This document shows positions 15,253 to 25,283 of a DNA stretch of 56,154 nt, in pieces. Location of the stretch: the IMG/VR virus record IMGVR_UViG_3300045988_060580. One strand, given 5' to 3'. Under the pieces are notes generated by a model. The model saw nothing but the letters and a program-made list of their open reading frames with translations. It ran no database searches and had not been told where the DNA came from. This DNA comes from a virus. The translations under genes and the position numbers were made by a program. How positions within the stretch are numbered: the stretch's first letter is position 1; every line of letters begins with the position of its first letter.

Positions 15253-15684
15253 ATGACAACTAAGGACTATTTGAATCAAATAAGCAGACTTAACAGAATG
15301 ATAAACAATAAGCTAACAGAAATAACACAGCTTAGAGAACTTTCTTGCAGCATATCGGCGATTGGAAACGAAGAAAAGGTAATATCATCATCTGACCCAG
15401 ATAAAATAGGCTCTACATACGCCAAAATTGACGAAATGGAGCGCAATCTTGATAATATGATAGATGAATATATTGAAAAGAAAAACTTGATTATAGGGCA
15501 AATAGACAGCATAGAGAATGAAGATTATTATAATATTCTGTTTTCAAGATATATTGAAAAGAAAACTTTCGAGGTTATCGCTACAGAAATGAAATATTCA
15601 TGGAGACAAATTATTAGACTTCATGGAAAAGCTCTTAAGGCATTTGAAGAAAAATATGGCAACACATATTTAAAGATGTCATAG
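15253..15684 (+). CDS. Sigma-70 region-4-like/DUF1492-like regulator
   Basis: C-terminal HTH segment (FEVIATEMKYSWRQIIRLHGKALKAF). Confidence 0.4.
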   Translation: MTTKDYLNQISRLNRMINNKLTEITQLRELSCSISAIGNEEKVISSSDPDKIGSTYAKIDEMERNLDNMIDEYIEKKNLIIGQIDSIENEDYYNILFSRYIEKKTFEVIATEMKYSWRQIIRLHGKALKAFEEKYGNTYLKMS

Positions 15685-15816
15685 AATGTCATATTGCGCT
15701 AATGATATACTGTATCTGTAAGAAATTACAGAGCTGTTTTTCATAAATATATTCCTTATCAGAGGCACCGTTACTTAATTGTAGCGGTGTTTTTTGTTAT
15801 GCAATGAGGTGGAAAT

Positions 15817-16026
15817 ATGAATTTTTATATGAATAAAGATAAATCAATTATGTGTCCAAACTGCCATAAGTTTTTGACTAAGGCAGACAGCAAAGACACA
15901 AGAACACATAAATTAGCGTGCAAGCATTGCCACAAATGGATATGGTATGTGCCTAACGATGATGATAATTTTCAAATTAAAGAAATACCAGACAACAGAA
16001 GTTCAAGCGGTATGACATTTTATTAG
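15817..16026 (+). CDS. Zinc-finger protein (Com-like)
   Basis: CPNC...CKHC pairs. Confidence 0.45.
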   Translation: MNFYMNKDKSIMCPNCHKFLTKADSKDTRTHKLACKHCHKWIWYVPNDDDNFQIKEIPDNRSSSGMTFY

Positions 16027-16037
16027 AGGTATAGACA

Positions 16038-17630
16038 ATGCAGACAGGAAGAATTGCTATTTATACAGGCGCAAAAGAAATAACACCTGACAATATAATA
16101 CCAATTTTGCGTGAAGCAATTTTGGAACATGATATTAATTCCAACAGAATACAGTTTCTTCTTGATTATGACGCAGGAATACAGCCAATAGTTAGGAAGA
16201 ACCCAAAGACTTACAGACCAGACATTGATTGTGAATGCTGTGATAATGTGGCTAACGAGGTCACAGAGTTTAATTTAGGATTTAAGTGGGGAAATCCTAT
16301 AACGCTAGTTCAAAACGGCGACAATGAGGATTCTAACCTCACAGAAGCTATAGCAGAATTAAACAGTTGCTACGAATCACAGAATGCAAGGCAGAAGCAA
16401 CAGGAACTTGCAAGATATGTTGAAATCGGCGGTGTTGGATATGTCCTTATTGATGTGAATACAGAATATGAGGATGGGGAAAGCTATTTCACATATGATG
16501 TATTAGATCCAAGAACAACATTTGTTGTAAGGTCAACAGCTTATAGCGATAAGAGGGTTATTCTTGCAGGTACTTATATCAAAGACAAACATAGCGGTAC
16601 AAGATATTACACCTGTTTTACAAAAGATATTCGCTATGAAATTACCGACGGAATAAAAATCACTAACGGACCAGAAAAAGGAAAAACAAAATGGGGATTT
16701 TTAGAGAGAAGTGGGGAAGAGAACCCATTACATAAAATCCCTATTATTGAATATACAAGGTCATTTGATAGAATGGGATGTTTTGAACGGCAAATATCTG
16801 AAATGGATAACTTAAACCTACTCATTTCAGATTTTACGAATGATGTCGAACAGAATACACAGGCAGTATGGCATACAAATGATGTTGATTTCCCGGTTGA
16901 ACAGGAAACAACAGTTGATAAAGATGGAACGCAACGCATTACTGAAAAAGTAAGAAAGCCAAAATCTGGAGAATGGATGCAGACCTACACATCAGCAGAT
17001 GGCAAAACTCCAATAGTTGAGCCACTTGCAATCAATTACGATTACACAGGTATGCTTAATAATATCCAATCAAGGCGACAGATAATCTTGCAGAAATGCA
17101 ATGTGCCACAACGAAATGATAATAGCGGTGGAAGTACAGGAGTTGCAATGTCGGACGCAACAGGCTGGTCACAAGCAGAAACAGCGGCGGCAAAGCAACA
17201 ACTGATTACAGATGGCTGCAAAATGGAAGAGATAAAAGTTGTTCTTGCGGCTATTAAGCTGTCAAACAATGTTAATAGCAGTAATCCATTACTTAAATTA
17301 AGGGCAAGAGATGTAAAGCCTAACATTAAGCGACAAAAAACTTATGAAATGTCAACTAAGGTTAACGCTATGGCGACATTGATAAGCCACGGATTTAGTC
17401 TTAAAGATACAGTTGATGCAATTCCATTTTTTGATGACCCTAACGATGTTGTAGCAAGAAGCGGAGAAATGGTTAAGGCATATCAAGACAGCATAATTAA
17501 CAAAGACACACAGAACCAAGCAGAGGGCGGAGATGGCGAACAATCGCCTAACAAAGACCGCACAATGCAAGACTTATCAGACCAGACAGAAAATAGTCCA
17601 GTTATAGATAAGAGCAGAACTGATAAATAA
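16038..17630 (+). CDS. Portal protein
   Basis: 530 aa, immediately downstream of terL, with an acidic C-terminus. Confidence 0.8.
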   Translation: MQTGRIAIYTGAKEITPDNIIPILREAILEHDINSNRIQFLLDYDAGIQPIVRKNPKTYRPDIDCECCDNVANEVTEFNLGFKWGNPITLVQNGDNEDSNLTEAIAELNSCYESQNARQKQQELARYVEIGGVGYVLIDVNTEYEDGESYFTYDVLDPRTTFVVRSTAYSDKRVILAGTYIKDKHSGTRYYTCFTKDIRYEITDGIKITNGPEKGKTKWGFLERSGEENPLHKIPIIEYTRSFDRMGCFERQISEMDNLNLLISDFTNDVEQNTQAVWHTNDVDFPVEQETTVDKDGTQRITEKVRKPKSGEWMQTYTSADGKTPIVEPLAINYDYTGMLNNIQSRRQIILQKCNVPQRNDNSGGSTGVAMSDATGWSQAETAAAKQQLITDGCKMEEIKVVLAAIKLSNNVNSSNPLLKLRARDVKPNIKRQKTYEMSTKVNAMATLISHGFSLKDTVDAIPFFDDPNDVVARSGEMVKAYQDSIINKDTQNQAEGGDGEQSPNKDRTMQDLSDQTENSPVIDKSRTDK

Positions 17631-17756
17631 ATTGATATTGAGCCACAGGGTAGAAATACCTTGTGGCTTTTTATATGCCCTAGAGAAAGGGCAATACAAA
17701 TATCGCAAGAAGTTGAGAGAACAACAAAAAACGCAGAAAGCAGAGGTAAAGAAATT

Positions 17757-18335
17757 ATGGCAGATGTAACTAACACAACAACAGAACCAACAACTAATAA
17801 TGAGCCACAGAACGAAGAACAGACACCTAGCGTAGAAGAACTTATGGCACAGCTTGCTAGTGAAAGAGCTGAAAAAGAGAAGTATAAGAACGCTTCCGAT
17901 AAAGCCAGTTCAGAAGCAGCTAAGTACAAGAAAGAACTTCGTTCAAAGCAGACAGCAGAAGAACAGGAAGCGGAAGCAAAGGCGGAAGCTGAAAAGTTGC
18001 AGGCTGAAAAGTTCGAGAACATGAGCAAAGAGCTTAATCATATGAAAGCTGTCAATGCTTATCAGAAAGTTATAGGCGATGGAAAGGATATTGATTCTTT
18101 GATTGAGGCAGTTGCAGATGCAGACCATAGCCTTATAGCAACTGTAATTGCCAATGAAGTGCAAAGACAGGTTAAAGAAGCTAAGGCAGAGTGGCTTAAA
18201 TCAAGACCGGCTATTAATGCAGGCGGTGGAGAAGAAAGCACGATAACACAGGAACAGTTCAACAAGATGAATTACCATGAAAGAGTGGAGTTCAAAAATA
18301 AGAATCCAGAACTTTATAAGAAGTTCACAGAGTAG
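17757..18335 (+). CDS. Scaffolding protein
   Basis: Coiled-coil, E/K/A-rich, located between the portal and capsid genes. ATG 17757 has RBS agaggt. Confidence 0.7.
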   Translation: MADVTNTTTEPTTNNEPQNEEQTPSVEELMAQLASERAEKEKYKNASDKASSEAAKYKKELRSKQTAEEQEAEAKAEAEKLQAEKFENMSKELNHMKAVNAYQKVIGDGKDIDSLIEAVADADHSLIATVIANEVQRQVKEAKAEWLKSRPAINAGGGEESTITQEQFNKMNYHERVEFKNKNPELYKKFTE

Positions 18336-18355
18336 AAAATGGAGGTAAATAAACT

Positions 18356-19387
18356 ATGCCACAGACTAAGTTAGCAAATTTAGTAGACCCACAGGTAATG
18401 GCTGATATGGTATCAGCTAAGTTACCAAAGAAGATTAAGTTCTCACCTATCGCAAGAGTTGATACAACACTTGTAGGCAGACCGGGAAGCACAATCGTTG
18501 TGCCAAAGTATGCTTATATTGGTGACGCAGAGGACGTTGCAGAAGGTGTTGCTATGGGTACAACAGTACTTACAACATCTACAACAGAAGCAAAGGTTAA
18601 GAAAGCAGGTAAGGCTGTAGAGCTTACAGATGAATCAGTGTTATCTGGTTATGGCGACCCACTTGGCACAGCTATCAATCAGATTGCTATGTCAATCGCT
18701 GCAAAGGTTGATAATGACAGCTATGACGCACTTTGCACAGCACCTATTGATTACGATGGAACAGCAGCGCCTATCAGCTATTCAGCAGTTGTAGCAGCTA
18801 ATAGCAAATTTGATGATGAATCGGATTCATCACTTACAAAGATATTATTCATTAACCCAGCACAGGAAGCCACATTACTTAATGACGATGATTTTAAGAG
18901 CAATGACAAGTACCCACTTAATGTAATTATGAATGGCACTATCGGTTCTATCGCAGGAGCACAGGTTGTTAAGTCTAAGAAAGTTAAGCTGGTTAAGTAT
19001 GAGCTTGACGATTCAACAGGAACAATCAATGTTGTAGCTGACACAACAAGCGAGGATGCAACGAATGTTCATCTTGACACAGCACTTGCACATACGCTTA
19101 AGCCAAAGGGTAAGGAAATCAAGGTAGGTAGCAAGTTAAAGGCTGTTACAACAGAGTTCTACGCTTGTCCTATTGTTATCGTATCAGCAGAAGACCCTAA
19201 CGAGGAAGCAGGTGCAGATGGCGTATCAGAGGAAGAGAACGCACTTACAATCTATATGAAGAGAAGCGTTGAGATTGAATCAGACAGAGATATTCTTGCA
19301 AAGACAACTGTTATCTCTGGCGACGAGCATTACACAGCAGTCTTAAGCAACGATTCAAAGGTTGTTCTTGCTAAGTTCGGAAAGTAA
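18356..19387 (+). CDS. Major capsid protein
   Basis: 343 aa following the scaffold gene, with a strong RBS ggaggt. Confidence 0.8.
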   Translation: MPQTKLANLVDPQVMADMVSAKLPKKIKFSPIARVDTTLVGRPGSTIVVPKYAYIGDAEDVAEGVAMGTTVLTTSTTEAKVKKAGKAVELTDESVLSGYGDPLGTAINQIAMSIAAKVDNDSYDALCTAPIDYDGTAAPISYSAVVAANSKFDDESDSSLTKILFINPAQEATLLNDDDFKSNDKYPLNVIMNGTIGSIAGAQVVKSKKVKLVKYELDDSTGTINVVADTTSEDATNVHLDTALAHTLKPKGKEIKVGSKLKAVTTEFYACPIVIVSAEDPNEEAGADGVSEEENALTIYMKRSVEIESDRDILAKTTVISGDEHYTAVLSNDSKVVLAKFGK

Positions 19388-19398
19388 GAGGTGTTTAT

Positions 19399-19677
19399 AT
19401 GTTATTAAGACGACATAAAATCAACGCCGCAAAGCAGAGCGAAGAAGTAACAGCAGATAATGTAAGACAGGAAGCTGTTTATGGAGATGAGCTTAAGTAT
19501 GAGGAAGAGCAGGACAAATTCCCTGTTCAACCTACAAGCGATTACACAAAGACAGCTATTAAGCGTATGCCAACAGCGGACTTGCAGACGCTTGCCTTAG
19601 AACAAGGTATTGAGAACGCAATGGAGCTTACAGGAGCAGAACTTAAAGAACTGTTAATTGAGAAATTAGGATTATAG
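19399..19677 (+). CDS. Head-associated small protein with a Rho-N/SAP-like C-terminus
   Basis: Position plus the motif ADLQTLALEQGIE...ELKELLIEKLG. Confidence 0.45.
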   Translation: MLLRRHKINAAKQSEEVTADNVRQEAVYGDELKYEEEQDKFPVQPTSDYTKTAIKRMPTADLQTLALEQGIENAMELTGAELKELLIEKLGL

Positions 19678-19688
19678 GAGCTGAAATT

Positions 19689-20069
19689 ATGGAATACACC
19701 ACATTAGAACAGGCTAAAATCAGACTTAAACAATTTCATATAGAAACTGTCAAAGATGAAGAAAACGAAACAACATCTGATGTGGTAGTGTTCGATAACA
19801 AAGAAGATAATCCAATAATCGAACAACTCATTAAACAGGCTACAGAAGATGTAAAAGCAAGAAGAAATTACCCCGACAGCTACACAGATGAAATGATAAC
19901 CGAAGATTTGAAGAAATTTGAGAATGTTATTGTTAATCTGGCTGTCTACGACCATTCACAAGCTGGTGAGAACTACATGGCGAGTATGAATGAGGGTGGT
20001 GTCAACAGAACTTGGAGAAATAGAGATAGCTTGTTTGTCGGGGTATTTCCGTTTGCTAAAGTATTATAA
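19689..20069 (+). CDS. Head-tail connector (gp6-like)
   Basis: Position, size and the N-terminal motif TLEQAKIRLK. Confidence 0.6.
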   Translation: MEYTTLEQAKIRLKQFHIETVKDEENETTSDVVVFDNKEDNPIIEQLIKQATEDVKARRNYPDSYTDEMITEDLKKFENVIVNLAVYDHSQAGENYMASMNEGGVNRTWRNRDSLFVGVFPFAKVL

Positions 20070-20187
20070 CGCCTATAGGGCATTACAGAATATTAAAGAA
20101 GATTGTGCGTTACCAAATGGTAGCAGGCGGCACACATTAAGGGTGGTGGGCGGTGTGCCATTATTAATTATGAAAGGCGGTATATCA

Positions 20188-20511
20188 ATGCCAATAGCAG
20201 TAATTATAAGCATTATTTCAGTTGCTTTTTCCGTCTTTTTCGGACTGTTTACGTTGGGATTTAATCTTAAGAACAACAAAAAGTCTGACAATGCAGAACT
20301 TACAGAGCGTGTAAAGGAAAATACACGCATAAATATGAAACTTGACACAATATCAGGCAACACAACAGAGATAAAGAATGAAGTTATAGAAATGAGAAAA
20401 GAGCTTAATTCTCATGATAACAGGATTATTAAAGTTGAGGAAAGTGTAAAGTCGGCACATCACCGAATAGACGGATTGGAAGCACGACTTAATGAAGATA
20501 AGGAGGTATAG
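20188..20511 (+). CDS. N-terminal TM + coiled-coil protein (XhlA-like?)
   Basis: Hydrophobic helix MPIAVIISIISVAFSVFFGLFTLGF followed by a coiled coil. Confidence 0.5.
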   Translation: MPIAVIISIISVAFSVFFGLFTLGFNLKNNKKSDNAELTERVKENTRINMKLDTISGNTTEIKNEVIEMRKELNSHDNRIIKVEESVKSAHHRIDGLEARLNEDKEV

Positions 20512-20515
20512 CAGA

Positions 20516-20842
20516 ATGGAGATTATGCAGACATTGATTGCAAATATGACAATCATATTAGCAATTGTCGGGGCATTAGCCTTTATGGTATCTGTAATTA
20601 CACAGGTAATCAAGGGTATTGGAGTATTCAATAAGGTGCCTACAGATATTGTGGTATTTGTCTTATCAATTGGTATTACTGTAGCGGCATTTGTTGCTTA
20701 TATGCAGTATATTCAGATGACAATACTGTGGTACATGATTCTTGCGGCGATTATGGCAGGATTTGTTGTTGCTTTTGTAGCAATGTACGGTTGGGAGAAG
20801 CTGTCTGAACTATGGAAGCGATTTGGCAAGGATGTGAAGTAA
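20516..20842 (+). CDS. Holin-like protein with 3-4 TM segments
   Basis: AGGAGG RBS. Multiple TM helices and a charged C-terminus (WKRFGKDVK). Confidence 0.55.
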   Translation: MEIMQTLIANMTIILAIVGALAFMVSVITQVIKGIGVFNKVPTDIVVFVLSIGITVAAFVAYMQYIQMTILWYMILAAIMAGFVVAFVAMYGWEKLSELWKRFGKDVK

Positions 20843-20843
20843 T

Positions 20844-21302
20844 ATGCTTGACATTAATAAGCAGGCTATGAAGTATTCACTTCAAGGGCAGACAGTAACT
20901 ATCTATGAAAGAGATGATGACGGCAATATTCTTTATGAGGGATATACCGACACAGAGGGTAACTTTATTCCTTATCTTGACGATGAGGGGAATAAGATAC
21001 CCAAAGTTCTTGAAGAAAAAACAGGCTTTTCAGAGCCTATGGATTTTAAAGCAAATATAGCTTTCAGCGGTGGAGAAGCACAGAGCAAGGAATACGGCTT
21101 TGATACCGCTGATTTTGACGCTATTTTGCTGACAGATAGGAATACACTACCTATTCAAAAGGGCGACCTTATATGGCTTAATAGCAAGCCTACATACACA
21201 TCTGACAGCCTTGTTGATGAAACGTCAGCGGATTTCACGATTGTAGGCATTAAGCCGGCACTATATTCAACTAAGTATATGCTTAAAGCAGTTGTAAAGT
21301 AG
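20844..21302 (+). CDS. Head-closure/head-tail adaptor protein
   Basis: Position and size in the connector module. Confidence 0.5.
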   Translation: MLDINKQAMKYSLQGQTVTIYERDDDGNILYEGYTDTEGNFIPYLDDEGNKIPKVLEEKTGFSEPMDFKANIAFSGGEAQSKEYGFDTADFDAILLTDRNTLPIQKGDLIWLNSKPTYTSDSLVDETSADFTIVGIKPALYSTKYMLKAVVK

Positions 21303-21500
21303 GTGGTAAATACGAAATATCAGACAGGCGGCTTTCCTGAAAATGGTTCTTTATTTATACAAACAGACAATGAACAGCTAGTTGGCTCTATCTTTAAAGG
21401 AAAAACAGTTCCATCTACGCAAGAGCCAATAAATGAAAGCATAAGACAAGCTATTTCGCAAGCGGTTAAGGAGCGTGTTTATGGCAAGACATACAATTAA
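21303..21500 (+). CDS. Possible 65-aa ORF starting at the GTG directly after the in-frame TAG
   Basis: The frame stays open straight after the stop of the upstream gene. No ATG and no clear RBS. Confidence 0.3.
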   Translation: MVNTKYQTGGFPENGSLFIQTDNEQLVGSIFKGKTVPSTQEPINESIRQAISQAVKERVYGKTYN

Positions 21501-22023
21501 TATATCCTTGTCTGAAAAGTCCGTAAATGAAGCTATCAGACAGCTACAACAGTATAAGAACTGGCTTATCAAAAAAACTTCACAGCTTGTCAAAGAACTT
21601 GCAGAAGTTGGAATACCTGTCATAGATGAAAATATGGAAAAAGCCAGTTATACATATGACGAAAAAGGAGTGCGCAGCGGTTCAGATACGAGCCATCACA
21701 GTTATGTTGAAATAAAATCCGAAGGAGAATATATTGAAGCAAAATTAATTGTAGAAGGCAAAGAACTTATGTTTATAGAGTTCGGGGCTGGTGTATTCTA
21801 CAATGGAGCGGCTGGAAGTAGTCCACATGACAAAGGCGTTGTTAATGGTATGGTTATAGGCTCATACGGCGAACATCACGGCGTACAAAAAGTGTGGGGT
21901 TACTATGACGATGACGGAACCTTAGTTCTTACACACGGCGTAGAAGCACAAATGCCTGTTTATAAGGCTGATATGGAAATTATACAGAAATATGTTGAGG
22001 TAGCAAGGAGGGTGTTTAGTTAA
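21481..22023 (+). CDS. HK97 gp10-like tail/neck protein
   Basis: RBS aaggag. Position in the neck module. Confidence 0.5.
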   Translation: MARHTINISLSEKSVNEAIRQLQQYKNWLIKKTSQLVKELAEVGIPVIDENMEKASYTYDEKGVRSGSDTSHHSYVEIKSEGEYIEAKLIVEGKELMFIEFGAGVFYNGAAGSSPHDKGVVNGMVIGSYGEHHGVQKVWGYYDDDGTLVLTHGVEAQMPVYKADMEIIQKYVEVARRVFS

Positions 22024-22439
22024 TGGCAAATGCAAACGATTGGGCGACAGACCTTGAGAACACAGTCACAGCACTTGTCAAGGCTAAAACCCTAACACAG
22101 CTTAAAAAGACATATCCAAAGATAGTCATAACCAATGAGGGAGAAAACAGCGGTCAAGCAGTATTCCCGACAGTATACATTCATTTACTGCCAGCAGTTG
22201 AACAAGGACAAACGCTTGACGGACAGACAATTAACGCATTGTTAGCAACATTTCAAGTAGATGTTACCACTAACACAAGCAAGTCTGACTGTCGCAAGGT
22301 TATGGCGGTAATTACAGATACATTCAAGACAATGAGATTTCAAGGCAATGCAATGCCAGAGTTTTCAATCAGCAACAAAGTACATAAGAGTACCGCTAGA
22401 TTCAGAAGAATGATAGCGGCAAATGACAGATTAATGTAA
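22023..22439 (+). CDS. Tail terminator/completion-like protein
   Basis: Position before the major tail gene. Confidence 0.5.
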   Translation: MANANDWATDLENTVTALVKAKTLTQLKKTYPKIVITNEGENSGQAVFPTVYIHLLPAVEQGQTLDGQTINALLATFQVDVTTNTSKSDCRKVMAVITDTFKTMRFQGNAMPEFSISNKVHKSTARFRRMIAANDRLM

Positions 22440-22494
22440 CAAAGAGCAGAAATGCTCTTATTTTTTTGCAAATTTTTAGGAGGTAGACAAGGCA

Positions 22495-22977
22495 ATGGCA
22501 AGTACAAGTTATAAAGCTAGGGTTATCTACAAGGAGCATAGCGAAGATGGTTTTGCAGGCTCATATAAGTTAATGGTTGCGGCTAAGTCAATTTCAGCAC
22601 CAGTATCAGCACCTAACACAGTTGAAAGTACAACATTTGAAGATGATTCACAGACATTCTTAATGGGTATCAAAACATCTGACGCTAAGACTTACACAGG
22701 AAATCTTGAAAAGGCTTATTTACAGGACTTAATCAAAGCAGAGGGCAAGCAGTTAGATATTATTCAGTTATATGGCTCTGACGGATTAGGTGCGGTTGCT
22801 AAGTACGCATTTGTCGGACAGGTAACAGCAACACCTAATGATGTTTCTGGTACTGATTCGGTACTTGAAATGACAGTAACAGCAGTTCCTAATACTTCGC
22901 CTATCGAATGCACAGACAAGCTTCAAGTTGTCGAAGCTGCTGGTGGCACATTCACAGTAACAAAGGTGGGGGAATGA
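22495..22977 (+). CDS. Major tail protein
   Basis: RBS aggagg. Size and position upstream of the chaperone pair. Followed by hairpins. Confidence 0.65.
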   Translation: MASTSYKARVIYKEHSEDGFAGSYKLMVAAKSISAPVSAPNTVESTTFEDDSQTFLMGIKTSDAKTYTGNLEKAYLQDLIKAEGKQLDIIQLYGSDGLGAVAKYAFVGQVTATPNDVSGTDSVLEMTVTAVPNTSPIECTDKLQVVEAAGGTFTVTKVGE

Positions 22978-23149
22978 TAAGCCAATCGACTAAATCAAAG
23001 GCTGTGTCGATTGGTGGCACAAACGCCAAAACAGCCGACTACACATCATATCTTGATGATGTAACAGAATAATTATTTTAAAAGGTAGGTGCGGTGTAAA
23101 ATCCGCACCTTTCCCTATATGGACGATAGGGTGGGAAAGGGTAAAAATT

Positions 23150-23638
23150 ATGATGAATATTAATGTAAACGGAAAAGAATACAAAGTTGAGTTCTCTTTT
23201 GGCGCAGCAGAGTGTAAAGAGATAGTGCAGAAAATGTTTTCTGTCGTTAATGGTTCTTACTTACTTGCACAGACAGATAAGAGTGTTGCACAGGCTTCCT
23301 TTGACGGATTAGCAAATATGACAGCAGATGTGCCAGAGATTTGCATTTTAGCCATTTATGCAGGTTGCATTGACAACAATCCTGTAACTATGGATGAAGC
23401 AAAGGAACTTACTAGAGCATATATTACAGAGAAGAGAAAGACAGATAAGAGTTACGGATATAGAACATTGTTTGAAGAAATCAAGAAAGCGATGGAAGAT
23501 GATGGTTTTTTCGAGTTGAGCGGAATAACAGCGATGTTAGAGGAAATGGCGGACAATGTGGAAGAAGCAACAAAAGAGCAGAAGAAGCCGACAGTAGTTC
23601 CACAAGACCACAAGAAAAAGCAGACTTCCACAAAATAA
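23150..23638 (+). CDS. Tail assembly chaperone (G-like)
   Basis: Acidic protein directly upstream of the tape-measure gene. Confidence 0.65.
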   Translation: MMNINVNGKEYKVEFSFGAAECKEIVQKMFSVVNGSYLLAQTDKSVAQASFDGLANMTADVPEICILAIYAGCIDNNPVTMDEAKELTRAYITEKRKTDKSYGYRTLFEEIKKAMEDDGFFELSGITAMLEEMADNVEEATKEQKKPTVVPQDHKKKQTSTK

Positions 23639-23997
23639 TCTGGGAAGAATACTTTGTCTTAGCCAGTTCACTAGGCGTTAGTTATTCAGACTTTCTAAGA
23701 ATGACACCTACAAAATTATTACTATACGCAAAAGGCAAAAAGATTGATAGACAAAATCGAGATGCAGAAATGTATAACTGGTTTTTTGTCTATGCAATAC
23801 CGGCTATTTCTTGCGGCATTGGTGCGGCATTTAGTAAAGATACACACATTGAATATCCGAAGCAGGCTATTTTATCAGAAAAAACGGAAGAAAGCGAAGA
23901 AGATACCTACGATAAAGAGTTACAGCGAATGTTACTCAATGAACAGAAATGGGCGGCACGAGCTGAAAAGAAAGGATTACCGCCAACAATCCTATAA
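23464..23997 (+). CDS. T-like extension of the chaperone, reached by -1 frameshift (G-T fusion)
   Basis: Open -1 frame overlapping the 3' end of the G-like gene. This is the canonical arrangement. Confidence 0.55.
23614..23620 (+). other. Candidate -1 programmed frameshift site (G AAA AAG)
   Basis: The -1 frame is open from 23464 to 23997. The slippery Lys-Lys heptamer lies 18 nt before the G stop. Confidence 0.55.
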
Positions 23998-24011
23998 AAG
24001 GGGGTTAAAGC

Positions 24012-25283
24012 GTGGAATTAGACAGTTTAGAAGTCAAGATTACCGGTACTGCCACTAAAGCTATCAATTCTGTTGATAAACTGATAAATCAGCTTACAAG
24101 GCTGTCAACATCACTTGCAACTGTGAATGGTTCATCACTAAGCGGTCTTGCGAGTGGTGTTAGTCAGTTAGGTTCTGCTATGCAGAATATGAACGCAGGA
24201 ACAGCAGATTTTACAAGACTTGCTAAGAACATCACAAAGATAGGTTCTGTTGATTCAGTTGCACTAACTAACACAGCTACATCACTTCAAGCTGTCACAA
24301 AGGCAGTTGCAAGCATATCAGCTATTCCGCAAAATGCAACACAAGTCACAGAATTTGCAAAGTCACTTGGTAAGCTAGGCAGTAAGAGTATAGAAAACGC
24401 CGTTGTAAACATTCCAAAATTGGGCAATGCTTTAAATGGCTTAATGACAACGCTATCAAGAGCGCCAACAGTAAGTCAAAATGTTATTCAAATGACTAAC
24501 GCATTGGCTAATCTTGCTAGTCAAGGTAGCAAGGTGGGTACTTCTTCGAACTCACTTCAAAAGTCGCTGTATGGCGTTTCTACAAGTGCTAGGACAGCAA
24601 CTAGAAGTAGTTGGAACTTAGCAAGTGCAATAGGTAAGTTTTATGCCACTTATTTTATGGTAATTCGTGGCAGTAAGAAACTTATAGAAGCCATCAAGTC
24701 AACGACAGATTACATTGAAGCGTTCAACTATCAAGCGGTAGCATTTGGCAAGATCGGTTCAGAATGGGATAAGGATTATGAAAAGTACGGATATGATAAC
24801 GCTACGGCATACGCAGAAAGTTTTCAGAACAGAGTAAATGATACTCTTGGAAAACTATCTGGCTTAAAAGTTAATGTTCAAGGTGGCTTACTTGAAGAAA
24901 GTGGAGCAAAGAACTTAGGACTTAACATACAAGAGATAACACAGTACGCTTCACAATTAGCTTCTGTCACTAACTCACTAGGGCAGACAGGTGAAGCGAC
25001 AACAGCAATAACAAAGTCAATGACAATGCTTGCAGGCGATATAAGCTCACTTTTTAATGTGGACTATAAAACGGTTGCACAGAACTTACAAAGCGGCTTA
25101 ATCGGTCAATCAAGGGCATTGTATAAGTATGGTATTGATATTACTAATGCTACATTAGCGACATACGCTTATAACTTAGGCATTTCCAAGTCGGTGTCTG
25201 AAATGACACAGATGGAAAAACAACAGTTAAGAGTGTTGGCAATATTAGACCAAAGTAAAGTATCTTGGGGTGATTTAGCTAAT
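24012..25283 (+). CDS. Tape measure protein, exon 1 (GTG start)
   Basis: Ala/Ser/Thr-rich helical N-terminal part ending ...SWGDLAN. Confidence 0.75.
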
